DNA of 64,000 nt from Acidimicrobiia bacterium (GTDB taxonomy: Bacteria; Actinomycetota; Acidimicrobiia; Spongiisociales; JAENVV01). Location of the stretch: NCBI GenBank assembly GCA_041635475.1, contig JBFKVA010000003.1, positions 18,142 to 82,141 of the forward strand, written 5' to 3'. How positions within the stretch are numbered: position 1 is the stretch's first letter; every line of letters starts with the position of its first letter. The notes beneath the pieces were generated by a model. The model made no database searches, was not told the DNA's origin, and worked only from the letters and a program-made list of their open reading frames with translations. Positions 9,882 through 19,729 of this stretch are shown here, one piece after another. The position numbers were made by a program, and so were the translations under genes.

Positions 9882-10931
9882 TCACAGGCCCCGCTCGGCC
9901 CGGTCCTTCTCCTGGGCGTCGCGCGAATCGGCCAGCACGATCGCAAAGAGCCGCGACGCGTACTCCTCATCGATGCCTTGGAGCCTGGCCTCCTCCCTGA
10001 TGATTGCCAGGAGCTCCTCCTCGCGATTCGGAATGAACACCGGCATCCCCCGGTCGGCCTTGACTCGGCCGATCTTGGTAGTGATGCGTCGCCGACGGGC
10101 GAGGAGTCGCACGATGTCGCGGTCGATGAGGTCGACGGCGTCGCGGAGCCGGTTGATGCCCAGCCGGTCCATGAGCACCGAGAACAGCCCAAAGTCGAGG
10201 TGCCCGTTGGGGTTGCTGGGGGCGTGCCCTGGGGACTCGTGGACCTCGATGACGACGCCCGATGCACCCACCCCCTGGGCGGCCAGAGCCAGGGGCGCCA
10301 CCGAAGCGGCGTCGGCGACGGCGTGGCTCGGGAACACGATGACCGGGAGGTGGCTCATCTCCTGGATCGAGGGAACGGCAGAGATGTCGAGGGTGTCGGT
10401 TCGTTCGAACGCCCGGATGCCTCGCTCGCACAGGACGACGCTGGGGTTGCCCTCGGCCAGCACGTACTCGGCGGCCCACAACCACTCGTCGAGGGTGGCG
10501 GACGGCCCCCGCTTGAGCAGGACGGGCTTGTGCGTCTCCCCGACCGCCTTGAGGAGTTCGAAGTTCTGCATGTTCCCCGAGCCGATCTCGAGCATGTCGA
10601 CGAAGGCTGCCACCGTCTCAGCGTCGCGAGGTTCGGCGATCTGGGTGACGGTCGGCAGGCTCACCGCCTCCCCGGCCTCGGCCAGCATCCGGACCCCGGT
10701 GAGGCCGAGCGGTCGGAACGACCCGGCGTCGCCGATGAGGGCAACCGTGTTGCCCCGGAGCATCCTGGCCCCGGCCCTCTGGACGGTCGCGGCGATCGCG
10801 TGGATTTGCTCCTCGGACTCGATGACGCACGGGCCGGCGATCACCGGGAACGGGTCGAACCCGAACCGAACGTCGCCGGCCGTGACCACGGTGTCGGCCG
10901 TCTGGGCGCTTCGATGTGTCTTGCGTTCCAT
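9882..10931 (-). CDS. aroG: bifunctional 3-deoxy-7-phosphoheptulonate synthase (type I-beta) / chorismate mutase (C-terminal AroQ domain)
   Basis: DAHPS/KDO8PS-like barrel (GPCVIESEEQ, LLKRG, CERGIR). C-terminal about 90 aa CM domain (DRDIVRLLARRRRITTKIGRVK...). Start set at ATG MERKTH (10931), not the upstream alternative-start ORF. Confidence 0.8.
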   Translation of the reverse strand: MERKTHRSAQTADTVVTAGDVRFGFDPFPVIAGPCVIESEEQIHAIAATVQRAGARMLRGNTVALIGDAGSFRPLGLTGVRMLAEAGEAVSLPTVTQIAEPRDAETVAAFVDMLEIGSGNMQNFELLKAVGETHKPVLLKRGPSATLDEWLWAAEYVLAEGNPSVVLCERGIRAFERTDTLDISAVPSIQEMSHLPVIVFPSHAVADAASVAPLALAAQGVGASGVVIEVHESPGHAPSNPNGHLDFGLFSVLMDRLGINRLRDAVDLIDRDIVRLLARRRRITTKIGRVKADRGMPVFIPNREEELLAIIREEARLQGIDEEYASRLFAIVLADSRDAQEKDRAERGL

Positions 10932-10949
10932 TTCATTCGGTCCTTGGTG

Positions 10950-10990
10950 GGGCCCCGGGAAACACGAAACCCGGAGCGGTGACTCCGGGT
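10950..10990 (-). terminator. GC-rich hairpin (CCCGGAG-N6-CTCCGGG) followed on the minus strand by UUUCGUGUUUCC; terminator of lgt or attenuator in aroG leader
   Basis: Perfect 7-bp inverted repeat at about 10967..10988 with a U-rich tract downstream on the minus strand. Lies only about 25 nt upstream of the aroG start. Confidence 0.35.
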
Positions 10991-11130
10991 GTGCGATGCT
11001 CGTGCGCTGGGGCGGTTCAACGGCGCGTGAGATCGGCCCGGACATCCGTCCAGGTAAACCCGACATACGCAAAGGCAACGAACCGCATGGGAGACGGAGC
11101 CTAGGGCCGACATGACCCAACGCCAAGTGC

Positions 11131-12030
11131 TCACGCCTCCTGGTAGACGGTGTCGGCGTCCTCGCTCACGACCGGGGTCAAGCGATTGAACACGAACACG
11201 AGCACAACGCCGAGGGCGGCCGCCCCCAGGGCGCTCCACTGGCTCCACGTGAAGGGGCCGAGGGTGGCGTCGGCCGCGCTCGCCCCCAGCGCGCCTTCCG
11301 GAATGAGGCGGGTGAAGTCGATGAGGAATCGCTGGATGCCGTACCACACCACCCACACGGCGAGGAGTTGCCCGTAGTGGCGTCCCTTCCACACCTTCTT
11401 GAGCAGGTAGAGCACCCCGATGAGGAGCATGGCTCCGAGCATGTCGTAGAGGCCCGTGTGATGGTACGAGGCGCACACCTCCCCCACCGGGGTACTCGAC
11501 GCGTCGCAGGCCGCTTGCAGGATCGTGTGCTGGGGGGCCGGCCGGTAGCCGGGCTTGAGGCCGAACGCCAGGAACGCGTCCGATTCGGCACCGAGGTGTT
11601 CGACGATCGCCAGATCCCCGATTCGCCCCACGATCGTCCCGAGGGCCAGCCCGAACGCCGAGAAGTCGCCGAACGGCAGGAACTTGAGACCCAGCATCCT
11701 CGTTCGTACCACGCCGCCGATGATGCCGCCGAGGAACCCGCCCATGATCGAGAAGTTCCCCTGGATCGGGTTGAGCGCGGTGAGGAGGGGCACCCCGTCC
11801 ACGATCGCCGCCGGGGTGGTGAAGTAGCGGGCCCCCAGCATCGCCCCGATGAGGCCCCATGTGAGGATCGATTGGTAGCGCTCGGTGTCGTAGCCGCGTT
11901 CCCGGGCATGCCGGGTGGCGAGCATCGCCCCGGCCAGGAACCCGATGGCCGCGAAGAGCCCATGCAGCGACAGCCTCAGGGGACCGAGCTCCCAGATCGG
12001 GATCGGGGGGTACGAGATGATGGCGAGCAC
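11131..12030 (-). CDS. lgt: prolipoprotein diacylglyceryl transferase
   Basis: Lgt signature (IPIWELGPLRLSLHGLFAAIGFLAG...GGVVRTRMLG). GTG start at 12030 chosen. The six-frame ORF extends to 12174 but would overlap the divergent hydrolase gene. Confidence 0.8.
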   Translation of the reverse strand: MLAIISYPPIPIWELGPLRLSLHGLFAAIGFLAGAMLATRHARERGYDTERYQSILTWGLIGAMLGARYFTTPAAIVDGVPLLTALNPIQGNFSIMGGFLGGIIGGVVRTRMLGLKFLPFGDFSAFGLALGTIVGRIGDLAIVEHLGAESDAFLAFGLKPGYRPAPQHTILQAACDASSTPVGEVCASYHHTGLYDMLGAMLLIGVLYLLKKVWKGRHYGQLLAVWVVWYGIQRFLIDFTRLIPEGALGASAADATLGPFTWSQWSALGAAALGVVLVFVFNRLTPVVSEDADTVYQEA

Positions 12031-12098
12031 CGGGCAAGGGTAGGGGCAGGAGGGTTTTGCGATGTCTCGTGTGGCGAAACCGCCGATACGCTCCTGAC

Positions 12099-12968
12099 AT
12101 GGCGACGGCACGGAAGGTGGGTACGATCGGGGTCCCGGTGGCGGTGGGAGCCGCCGCGTTCGTGGGCTTCCCACGGTGGCTCCGTCGCAAGTTCGTGCCC
12201 CCTCGCCGCGACCAACCCCACACTCCCGAAGACGTCGGGCTCGACGCCGAGGAGGTCTGGCTCACCGCCATCGATGGCGCGTCGCTCAGGGCGTGGCACA
12301 TCCCCCGGCCGGGTCCGGCCCCGCTGCTCGTCGTCATCCACGGCTGGGGCGGCAACGCCAGCCTCATGCTGCCGATCGCTCCCATCCTCCACGGGGCCGG
12401 CTACTCACTCGTCCTGCTCGACGCCCGGAACCACGGCGCGTCCGACCAGGCGGACCACATGTCCATGCCCCGGTTCGCCCAGGACATCGACGTCGCCCTC
12501 GACTGGGCCTCCGAACTCCCGCACGTGACCGCCCTCGGCCTCCTCGGGCATTCCATCGGGGCCGGCGCCTCGATCCTCGTGGCGTCGCGGCGTGCCGACC
12601 TGGCGGCGGTGGTGGCGGTCGGTGCGTTCTCCCACCCGTGGGAACTCATGCGCGAAGCCTCGCCGGTGGCTCGCCTCCCCCGCCTCGTGCAGTGGGCGAT
12701 CATCCGGACGATGGAGCGCGTCATCGGCCAGACCCTCGATGACATCGCTCCCCGGACGCGGATCCGCCAGGCGACCTGCCCGATCATGCTCGTCCACGGG
12801 GGTCGGGACCAAGTGATCTCCCACCGCGACTTCGATGAGCTCTCACGGCTCTCCCCTCCCGGCTCCGAGGCGCTCCTCGTGCCCGACGCCGTCCACGACC
12901 GCCTTGAGGAGTATGTGCCGGAACTGCCACACGTCATCGGCTTCCTCGCCAAGCACCTGCGCCGGTGA
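12099..12968 (+). CDS. alpha/beta hydrolase
   Basis: HGWGG oxyanion region, GHSIGAG nucleophile elbow, late HGGRD. Start at MATARK (12099). ORF is open from 12057. Confidence 0.7.
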   Translation: MATARKVGTIGVPVAVGAAAFVGFPRWLRRKFVPPRRDQPHTPEDVGLDAEEVWLTAIDGASLRAWHIPRPGPAPLLVVIHGWGGNASLMLPIAPILHGAGYSLVLLDARNHGASDQADHMSMPRFAQDIDVALDWASELPHVTALGLLGHSIGAGASILVASRRADLAAVVAVGAFSHPWELMREASPVARLPRLVQWAIIRTMERVIGQTLDDIAPRTRIRQATCPIMLVHGGRDQVISHRDFDELSRLSPPGSEALLVPDAVHDRLEEYVPELPHVIGFLAKHLRR

Positions 12969-13787
12969 TCACAGGTCGATCGTACGCCCCTTGGCGCGAC
13001 GCCGGGTGTCCGTTCGCTTCGTGAACGTCTCCCGGATGTCATTGATGACGTCGACCACCGAGTCGGTGCTCGGCGGTGGTCCCCCGGCGACGGCGTCGAG
13101 GGCGCGCTCCATCGCCCCCTCCACGTTGTTCGTCCACACCCGGGGAGCGGCCACCGCCACGATCGCCCCGATCACGAGCAGGGGGAGGAAGAGGTAGATC
13201 CAGGCCCACGGCTGGGAGGCGGCGATGGTGAGCGCCGTTGCCCCACCCACGCCCACGAGCCCGAAGCCACCGAGGATGCCCGCCGCCGCGCCCCGCTGGT
13301 AGCTCCCCGATGCCCGCATCGAGACATTCACCCCTCCGGGCACCGGCGTGTGCACGACCTCGATGGCGCCCGTTCCGCGCAGGTCCTTGCCGCCTGCGTT
13401 GAGGCCCAGGCCCGCCCGGATGTTGGCCAGGGTGCGAGGGTCCTTCTCCCACACCTCGAGCTCGCCGTGCCGGCGCCGCACCCGCATGCCTTCGGCCCTG
13501 CCGAGCCACTCCCGGGTCCGGGCTGCCACCTCGGACGGGTCCCCCGGGATGAGCCGGGCCGCAGCGATCTCCCCGGGAATGAGGCCCCGTCTCGTCGTGG
13601 AGTGGCTCGTCGAAAGCTCGAGGGCTATCGCCGCCGAGACCTCCTCGGGAGCCACCCCGAGTTCGGACGCGATCCGGACGACATCCTCGGTTGAGAACGA
13701 CTCCGTCTCATCGGCCTCCGCCTCCACGGCGCGGGCGATGATCCGCTCCACCTGCTTTCGATTGAACCGCATGCCACCTGTTGTCAT
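12969..13787 (-). CDS. hypothetical protein with C-terminal transmembrane region
   Basis: ORF with codon bias consistent with neighbours. No recognisable domain. Start placed at MTTGGMRF to avoid overlap with the acylase gene. Confidence 0.45.
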   Translation of the reverse strand: MTTGGMRFNRKQVERIIARAVEAEADETESFSTEDVVRIASELGVAPEEVSAAIALELSTSHSTTRRGLIPGEIAAARLIPGDPSEVAARTREWLGRAEGMRVRRRHGELEVWEKDPRTLANIRAGLGLNAGGKDLRGTGAIEVVHTPVPGGVNVSMRASGSYQRGAAAGILGGFGLVGVGGATALTIAASQPWAWIYLFLPLLVIGAIVAVAAPRVWTNNVEGAMERALDAVAGGPPPSTDSVVDVINDIRETFTKRTDTRRRAKGRTIDL

Positions 13788-13788
13788 G

Positions 13789-16275
13789 TCAACCTCCGGG
13801 GACGAGCACGAGCACGCCGGCTGCCGCCGCATTCACCTGCTCTTCGGACCACCGCATCGGGTGGTACTCGCCAGTCTCCCACTTCGGAGCGAAGTCGACG
13901 TAGTGATCGTGGAATGCGTGTCCGGACTGGCCCGTCGTGTGGATGGTACGACTCGCGGTGAAGTCGGCGAGGTCGACGATCATGCGCATCGACGGTGACC
14001 AGGTCACTTCGAACGACCCCGGGCTCCAGCTGGTGGCGTTGACGACCGACGACGTCCCGCCGGGCTGGAAGCCTCCCCGGTTGAAGAGGGCCTCGATCGG
14101 TGCGATGCCCGACTGGCCGAGGGACTGGTTCTCGAAGGTCGTCGTGTGCAGGTCGCCCCAGCGCCACCGTTGCGGGTCGCTCCCCAACCGCCCGGCGACG
14201 GTCTCCCACCCTCCGGCAAGGGAGGCGGCAAGGATGTCGTCCCTCTCCTCCACGTCCGGCGTTGCGGCGTCGTCCCACCAGGGGTCCGTCGGGGTCGCCA
14301 TCAGGGAACGAACGACGGTGAACCAGCGCCCGCCGCCCCCTGGCCACGCCACCTCCGGAAGCTCATCGCGAAACGTGCGAGCCATGATCTGTTCCCACAC
14401 CGCGTAGAACAGCGCGGCCGGGGCCGAGTCCGAGCTCGCCTGGAACGCCTCGTCACCGGTGGTCCACTCGACGAGGAGATCCTGGGCCGCAGCGACGGGG
14501 CCGTCGCCGGGGACGCCCAGGAGCGTCGGGATCACCTCGGCGGCAAAGGGGTCGTATCCGTCGAGTTGGAGCTGCGCGAACATGACCGCGGTCAGGGGTC
14601 GCTCCGAGCTCCCCAGGACGTCGTAGATCCGGGTGCCGCGGTATCCGTGGGCGAAGTCGACACCGAGGTAGGGGCCGTCGCTGGGGCGCCACGGCGGCTG
14701 GTTGGCGGTGGCGATGATGCCGCTGGCCGGGTTGAACGACGTCGGCAGGTCCTCGAACGGCACCCATCCGATCCAATCGGTGTCGGTTGTCCAGCCGATC
14801 GACGGGTACTCGCCGCCGGGGCTTCTCCGGACCGGGATGGTCCCGGGGACCTGGTACCCGATGTTCCCGTCGACGTCGGCGTAGACGATGTTCTGCGACG
14901 CGATGTCCCACAGCCGGACGGCCGCCCGGAACTCGTCCCAGTTGGTGGCCCGATTGATGCCGAGGATCGCCGACAGCAGGGTCGACGGCCGCAGCGCCGC
15001 CCACTGGAGTGCCACCACGAACCGATCGGGAACCTCACCCACGGCGGCCGCGTAGTCCTGGTCGGCGGGTCCGTAGATGCCGGTGACCACCGGCCCGTGC
15101 CGGGTGGACCGCACCTCGATCTCCACCGGGTCGGCACCCGCCACGACGATCGTCTCCGACCTGGTCTCGACGGAATGCCACACCCCGTCGACCTCGTACT
15201 CGTCGGGGTTGGCGGGGTTCACCTTCTCGATGAAGAGGTCCATGGTGTCCGGGCCGAAGTTGGTCACGCCCCAAGCGATCCGGTCGTTGTGGCCGATGAT
15301 GACCCCCGGGACGCCGGCGAACGAGAACCCGGTGAGATGCGTGCCGCAGGCGTCACAGTGGAGCGAGTTCTCGAACCAGATCGAGGGCATCTGCACGGCC
15401 AGGTGGGGGTCATCGGCGAGCAGCGGCAGTCCGCTGGCCGTGTGGGTGCCGGACACGACCCAGTTGTTCGAGCCGATGCCGAGTCCGGTCGGGCCGAGGA
15501 GGGCGGCCAGGCGCTTCTCCTTCTCGACGAGATCGTCGAGCGCGGGACGGATGGCTGCCATGAGGGCCGAGGACGCCGGCTGCGGGAGCCGGCTTCCGGA
15601 CCCACCCAAGGTGGTGAGCTTGTCGTCGGGGAAGGCGGGGAAGAGCTGGCTCGCACGCTCGAACCCCACCGCGGCGGCCGCCGCCGCCCGTTCGATCTCC
15701 TCGTCCATGTTGCTTCGGAGTTCCCAGGCCATCATCCGGGCCCAGGTGAGGGTGTCGATCGGTTCCCAGGGCTCCGGCACGTACCCCCGGTTCTGCAGGG
15801 CGAGGACGGCGTACTCGAGGGAGAGCTGCGACGGCGAACGGGAGGCGATGTAGGCGTTGACCCCCTCGGCGTAGGCGGCGAGGACGTCCCTGTTCTCCTG
15901 GGGTGCCGCAGCCAGCTCCGCCTGGGCCAGCGCCGTGAACCCGAGCGACCGCAGGAAGATGTCGGTGTCGAGTTGGCTTTCGCCGAACATCTCGGAGAGG
16001 CGGCCCTGGCCGATGTGGCGCCAGAAGTCCATCTGCCAGAACCGCTCCTGGGCGTGCACATACCCCTGGGCGAAGTAGAGATCGTGCTCGTTCTCGGCGT
16101 AGACATGGGGGACCCCGTCGGTGTCGCGCACGACCTTCACCTCGGCCGAGATGCCGCGCACGGCCACCCTCCCGTCGATCATCGGGAACGATCGTCTGCT
16201 CAGCCAGATTCCACCGAGCGAGAGAACGAGGGCGAGGATGAGCAGGGCGAAGGAGAGGCGCTTGAGAGACCGCAT
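13789..16275 (-). CDS. penicillin acylase family protein (Ntn hydrolase; possible AHL/penicillin amidase)
   Basis: Signal peptide. DGVPHVYAENEHDLYFAQGYVHAQERFWQMDF. SNNWV, the beta-subunit N-terminal nucleophile Ser motif. 828 aa. Confidence 0.85.
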   Translation of the reverse strand: MRSLKRLSFALLILALVLSLGGIWLSRRSFPMIDGRVAVRGISAEVKVVRDTDGVPHVYAENEHDLYFAQGYVHAQERFWQMDFWRHIGQGRLSEMFGESQLDTDIFLRSLGFTALAQAELAAAPQENRDVLAAYAEGVNAYIASRSPSQLSLEYAVLALQNRGYVPEPWEPIDTLTWARMMAWELRSNMDEEIERAAAAAAVGFERASQLFPAFPDDKLTTLGGSGSRLPQPASSALMAAIRPALDDLVEKEKRLAALLGPTGLGIGSNNWVVSGTHTASGLPLLADDPHLAVQMPSIWFENSLHCDACGTHLTGFSFAGVPGVIIGHNDRIAWGVTNFGPDTMDLFIEKVNPANPDEYEVDGVWHSVETRSETIVVAGADPVEIEVRSTRHGPVVTGIYGPADQDYAAAVGEVPDRFVVALQWAALRPSTLLSAILGINRATNWDEFRAAVRLWDIASQNIVYADVDGNIGYQVPGTIPVRRSPGGEYPSIGWTTDTDWIGWVPFEDLPTSFNPASGIIATANQPPWRPSDGPYLGVDFAHGYRGTRIYDVLGSSERPLTAVMFAQLQLDGYDPFAAEVIPTLLGVPGDGPVAAAQDLLVEWTTGDEAFQASSDSAPAALFYAVWEQIMARTFRDELPEVAWPGGGGRWFTVVRSLMATPTDPWWDDAATPDVEERDDILAASLAGGWETVAGRLGSDPQRWRWGDLHTTTFENQSLGQSGIAPIEALFNRGGFQPGGTSSVVNATSWSPGSFEVTWSPSMRMIVDLADFTASRTIHTTGQSGHAFHDHYVDFAPKWETGEYHPMRWSEEQVNAAAAGVLVLVPGG

Positions 16276-16323
16276 GGCCGGCAGGTTAGGTCTGCCACTC
16301 CGCCGGGGCGTCGACGACAGCCG

Positions 16324-17418
16324 TCAGTGGCCGGTCCCGAACATGGCGTTGTTGATGATGACGAGGAAGTAGACGAGCACCGCCAGCGTGGCGAGCACGA
16401 CGATCACCTCCGTCTTGCCCGCGCGGATCCGCGGACGCCCCCCGGACAGGAACGCGAACGTCAGGATGGCACCGGCCACGACCACGGCCATGATCGGGGC
16501 GACGGCATGGAAGGTGAGCAGGATCGTCCCCAACGAGACCACGAGCCCGCCGATGGCCAGGAGCACGAGTGCCGGGAAGATGTAGCCGGTGGCGAGGCGC
16601 TTGCGGACGGCAAGCGCTGCGTCTCGTTCGGAGCCTTCGAGCCCGGCGGGGACGGCCGCGGCCTGGGCGATCATGCCGACGAGGGCGCCGACCACCGCCC
16701 CACCCCCGATGGCGGTGAGGAAGGCCACGCCGACCGGGACATGGACGAGGGATTCGTCGAGGGCGTCGACGGAGCCAGTTCCCGTGACGAACGCGCCGAG
16801 CGCCGCCCCCAGGACGCCGCCACTTCCGATCCCCACGAGCGCCATGACCACCGGGTGGTGCTCGGTGCCGAAGTTGCGATCGAAGGCGGCCGGAAGACCA
16901 ACCGCTCCCTTGGCGATGACGATGCCGGCCACGGCCATGATCGCGGCGAACGCGATGATCCCACCACTGCGGCCGACGGTGACCGTGACGGCTTCATCGG
17001 TGACGCCCACGGCGTCGAAGGTCGAGGAGATCCCGTACACGGCCGCCACGAACCCACCGAGCGCTCCCATGAACCCGCCCAGGCGCAGCCCCTGGCGCAG
17101 CCGGGCCCCGATGAGCGGCGGGTCGATCGGGTCCGCGTCGTCGGGTATCTCCACCACGACCGGGGTCGGGACGACGGCGGTGGCGGCGGGGGCAGCCTTC
17201 GCAACGGGAGCCGGGGCCGACGCGGCAGCAGCCACCTTGGTCGCGGCCGGGGCCGCAGCCGGGCCGCCGCCCTGGATCGCCCCCCCACCACCCCAGGCTT
17301 GGAGCACGTCATCGACGCCCACGCCCTGGGCGGTGGCGCGGGCGCTGGCGGAGCGCAGCACGAGTTGGTCGGGGACGCCCGGCAGGGCGGCTCCGGCGGC
17401 GGCGAGGAAGTCACTCAT
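16324..17418 (-). CDS. hypothetical Ala/Gly-rich polytopic membrane protein with soluble N-terminal domain
   Basis: 364-aa ORF. N-terminal about 100 aa soluble with an Ala/Pro-rich linker, then 6-8 predicted TM helices. No family recognised. Confidence 0.45.
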   Translation of the reverse strand: MSDFLAAAGAALPGVPDQLVLRSASARATAQGVGVDDVLQAWGGGGAIQGGGPAAAPAATKVAAAASAPAPVAKAAPAATAVVPTPVVVEIPDDADPIDPPLIGARLRQGLRLGGFMGALGGFVAAVYGISSTFDAVGVTDEAVTVTVGRSGGIIAFAAIMAVAGIVIAKGAVGLPAAFDRNFGTEHHPVVMALVGIGSGGVLGAALGAFVTGTGSVDALDESLVHVPVGVAFLTAIGGGAVVGALVGMIAQAAAVPAGLEGSERDAALAVRKRLATGYIFPALVLLAIGGLVVSLGTILLTFHAVAPIMAVVVAGAILTFAFLSGGRPRIRAGKTEVIVVLATLAVLVYFLVIINNAMFGTGH

Positions 17419-17480
17419 CGGAGCTGCATCCTAGCCATACCGACCCGGCCCGCCCCTGCGCGCCGACCCCCCATGTGCGC

Positions 17481-17645
17481 CTATTCGTCGCGCCTGCCCG
17501 GGCGGTCGCGTTCGCCCTTGCGGCTGGCCGCGGCCCTGGCCTTGGCCTGCCTCTCGGCGTAGCGCAGCCCGACGAACCCCACGACCACCGGGATCGCGAA
17601 GTAGAGGAACTCGTCCCACCCACCCTGGTGCGCGAAGACCAACAT
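17481..17645 (-). CDS. putative small single-TM membrane protein (55 aa)
   Basis: ATG-initiated ORF MLVFAHQGGWDEFLYFAIPVVVGFVGLRYAERQAKARAAASRKGERDRPGRRDE, below the six-frame length cutoff. Lies in the gap between the lipoprotein and the membrane protein of the cta cluster. Weak RBS. Confidence 0.3.
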   Translation of the reverse strand: MLVFAHQGGWDEFLYFAIPVVVGFVGLRYAERQAKARAAASRKGERDRPGRRDE

Positions 17646-17681
17646 CGAGGTACAGGCTAGGTGGCACCGAGACCCTCCCGA

Positions 17682-17999
17682 TCAGTGGCCACCCGACGCA
17701 TCGTCGACCCACGTCGCCCAGGCGACGCCGGCCCGCTCCTCGTATCGGACCTCGATCGGGTCCCCCGAGCGCAGGTGGTCGGCGAGGTGCACGAGCGGGA
17801 ACCCCGGGTTCCCCGTGTCGGGGTCGGGGACGAACGTCAGGCGCTCCTCCTCGGGGGTGACGATCGTGAACGAGTCCACGGTGGAGAGGTTCCCGTCGAC
17901 GGCGATGACGACGCCGACGACGGCGGGACCGTCGGGCGGTTGGGCGCACCCCACCAGAGCCAACCCGAGCACGCCAAGGCCAACCAGCAGCCTCGTCAC
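17682..17999 (-). CDS. small lipoprotein co-transcribed with ctaG
   Basis: GTG start overlaps ctaG stop (GTGA). LVGLGVLGLALVGC lipobox signal peptide. 105 aa. Confidence 0.5.
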   Translation of the reverse strand: MTRLLVGLGVLGLALVGCAQPPDGPAVVGVVIAVDGNLSTVDSFTIVTPEEERLTFVPDPDTGNPGFPLVHLADHLRSGDPIEVRYEERAGVAWATWVDDASGGH

Positions 18000-18829
18000 G
18001 TCCCGACTCCGAGTCGCTCGTCCGGCTGCTGGCGGTCCTCCGCCGCCTGCTCGGCCGACCAGCGGAACCAGATCGTGGCGATCACCCCCCACAGCGTGAA
18101 GCTGCCGGCCAGCTTCATGATGATGCCGGCGATCGTCTGGTCCTCGAGCGCGGTCCATCCGAACAGCCGCGGGAACGTGTCGTAGATCGGGTAGATCACC
18201 GAGCTCCCGAAGGTGAGGAAGGCCGCCGGGACGATCGGGAGCACCGAGTGCCCCATGAGATACAGCATCTGCATCGGCCGGGACAGGGTCGGCACCTCGG
18301 GAAGGGGCGAGAGGACCGGCATCCACATGGCCAGTCCCGACAGGAACATGGCCACGTGCACGGCGAAGTGCCAGGGGGCACTCGTCACCATTGCCTCCAC
18401 GATGACCGGCCAGTGGAGCCCGACGAAGACGACATTGAACAGGACGAACGCCCGGAGCGGCCGCGAGACCCACCGGATGAACCCGAGCAGCCGTGTCTCC
18501 ACGACGACGAGTTCGGCCAGCCACCGCGGCGTGCCCATGAGCAGGAGGGGGGCCGTGACGAAGGCGATCACGAGGTGCTCCACCATGTGGGCGGAGAACA
18601 TGGACCCTTCGGCCAGGTCATGGAACGGCCAGTCGGACACCAACCACAGGGCGGCGACCCCCGTGTACCACTGCCACATCTGCCGACGGGTCACCACGGG
18701 CTCGCCCATCACCTTCAGCGGCCCGATTCGACGCACCGCGTAGGCGTAGCCGGCGGCGAGCAGGACGACCGTCATCCAGACGTCCGGGTGGGGGTGCCAC
18801 GTGAGCACCTCACGCAGTTCGGGGGTCAC
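17996..18829 (-). CDS. ctaG: cytochrome c oxidase assembly factor CtaG (Caa3_CtaG family membrane protein)
   Basis: Polytopic membrane protein with a conserved HMVEH motif. Located immediately downstream of ctaF as in Bacillus ctaCDEFG. Confidence 0.65.
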   Translation of the reverse strand: MTPELREVLTWHPHPDVWMTVVLLAAGYAYAVRRIGPLKVMGEPVVTRRQMWQWYTGVAALWLVSDWPFHDLAEGSMFSAHMVEHLVIAFVTAPLLLMGTPRWLAELVVVETRLLGFIRWVSRPLRAFVLFNVVFVGLHWPVIVEAMVTSAPWHFAVHVAMFLSGLAMWMPVLSPLPEVPTLSRPMQMLYLMGHSVLPIVPAAFLTFGSSVIYPIYDTFPRLFGWTALEDQTIAGIIMKLAGSFTLWGVIATIWFRWSAEQAAEDRQQPDERLGVGT

Positions 18830-18830
18830 G

Positions 18831-19130
18831 TCAACCGCGGGCGAACGCCAGGGCCATCTCGGTGAGGACCACGGCGTAGACCCCGAGGGCGATGACGAAT
18901 CCGATCGAGAAGAAGCGGCTCACGAGCGGTCGTTCGAACTTGACGTGCATGAACCAGCCCACGACGGTGAGGAACTTCACCGCGGCCAGGATGAGGAGGG
19001 CGGGCGAGGTCATCGACGGCGTCACCCCATCCACCCCCGCCTCGAGGTAGAAGAGGCCGACCTCGACGGCGGTGAGGACCGCCAAGAAGATGGCCACCCG
19101 GATGTACTGCTTGGGGGTTGGATGAGCCAT
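18831..19130 (-). CDS. ctaF: cytochrome c oxidase subunit IV (bacterial CoxD/CtaF, COX4_pro family)
   Basis: 99-aa, 3-TM protein (MAHPTPKQYIRVAIFLAVLTAVEVGLFYLE...) directly after ctaE. The six-frame ORF 18831..19670 is an alternative-start over-extension. Confidence 0.7.
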   Translation of the reverse strand: MAHPTPKQYIRVAIFLAVLTAVEVGLFYLEAGVDGVTPSMTSPALLILAAVKFLTVVGWFMHVKFERPLVSRFFSIGFVIALGVYAVVLTEMALAFARG

Positions 19131-19138
19131 GCGAGGTC

Positions 19139-19729
19139 CTAGGGGATGAGGTAGATGATCGTGAAGATCACGATCCAGATGATGTCGACGAAGTGCCAGT
19201 AGAGGCCCACCAACTCCAGGTTGAGGCCCTGGGCCTCGGAGAGGCCGTCGTTGCGCAGGGAGATCACGAACAGGATCACGAGCATGAGGACGCCGACGGC
19301 CACGTGGGTCCCGTGGAACCCGGTGAGTAGGAAGAACGACGACCACACCGGTGCCACCCCCAGCCCGGCGCCGGCGTCGAAGAACTCGCTGAACTCGAAG
19401 AACTGTCCACCGAGGAACGTCACGCCCAGCCCGGCGGTGGCAAGCAGCCACGTCCGGGCCGAGCCCTGGTCGCCTTCGGCGAGGGCGTGGTGGGCGAGCA
19501 CCATCGTCAAGGAGGACATGAGCAGCACGAACGACGAGATCGACGTGAACGGGATGTCGTAGAAGTTCACCGGATGGAGGGCGTCCGTCACCGGGAGCCG
19601 GCCCTTGAACAGCAGGTAGTTGGAGATGAACGCGCCGAAGAGCAGGAACTCCGAACTGAGGAAGGCCCACATCGCGAGCTTCCGGTTCTCGATACCGGTG
19701 CTTTCGTGCACGTCGTGCGGAGCGCTCAT
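19139..19729 (-). CDS. ctaE: cytochrome c oxidase subunit III
   Basis: Typical COX3 fold (HHALAEGD, FFLLTGFHGTHVAVGVLMLV, GLYWHFVDIIWIVIF). ATGA overlap with ctaD stop. Confidence 0.9.
   Translation of the reverse strand: MSAPHDVHESTGIENRKLAMWAFLSSEFLLFGAFISNYLLFKGRLPVTDALHPVNFYDIPFTSISSFVLLMSSLTMVLAHHALAEGDQGSARTWLLATAGLGVTFLGGQFFEFSEFFDAGAGLGVAPVWSSFFLLTGFHGTHVAVGVLMLVILFVISLRNDGLSEAQGLNLELVGLYWHFVDIIWIVIFTIIYLIP

Noticed and set aside
12031-12174. N-terminal extension of lgt
   Set aside because: Pro-rich non-conserved segment that would overlap the divergent hydrolase gene. Lgt homology starts at GTG 12030.
14146-17562. 1138-aa plus-strand ORF
   Set aside because: Antisense to the penicillin acylase and membrane-protein genes. 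Arg/Gly/Pro/Asp-rich low-complexity translation typical of the non-coding frame of 70% GC DNA. No domain signatures.
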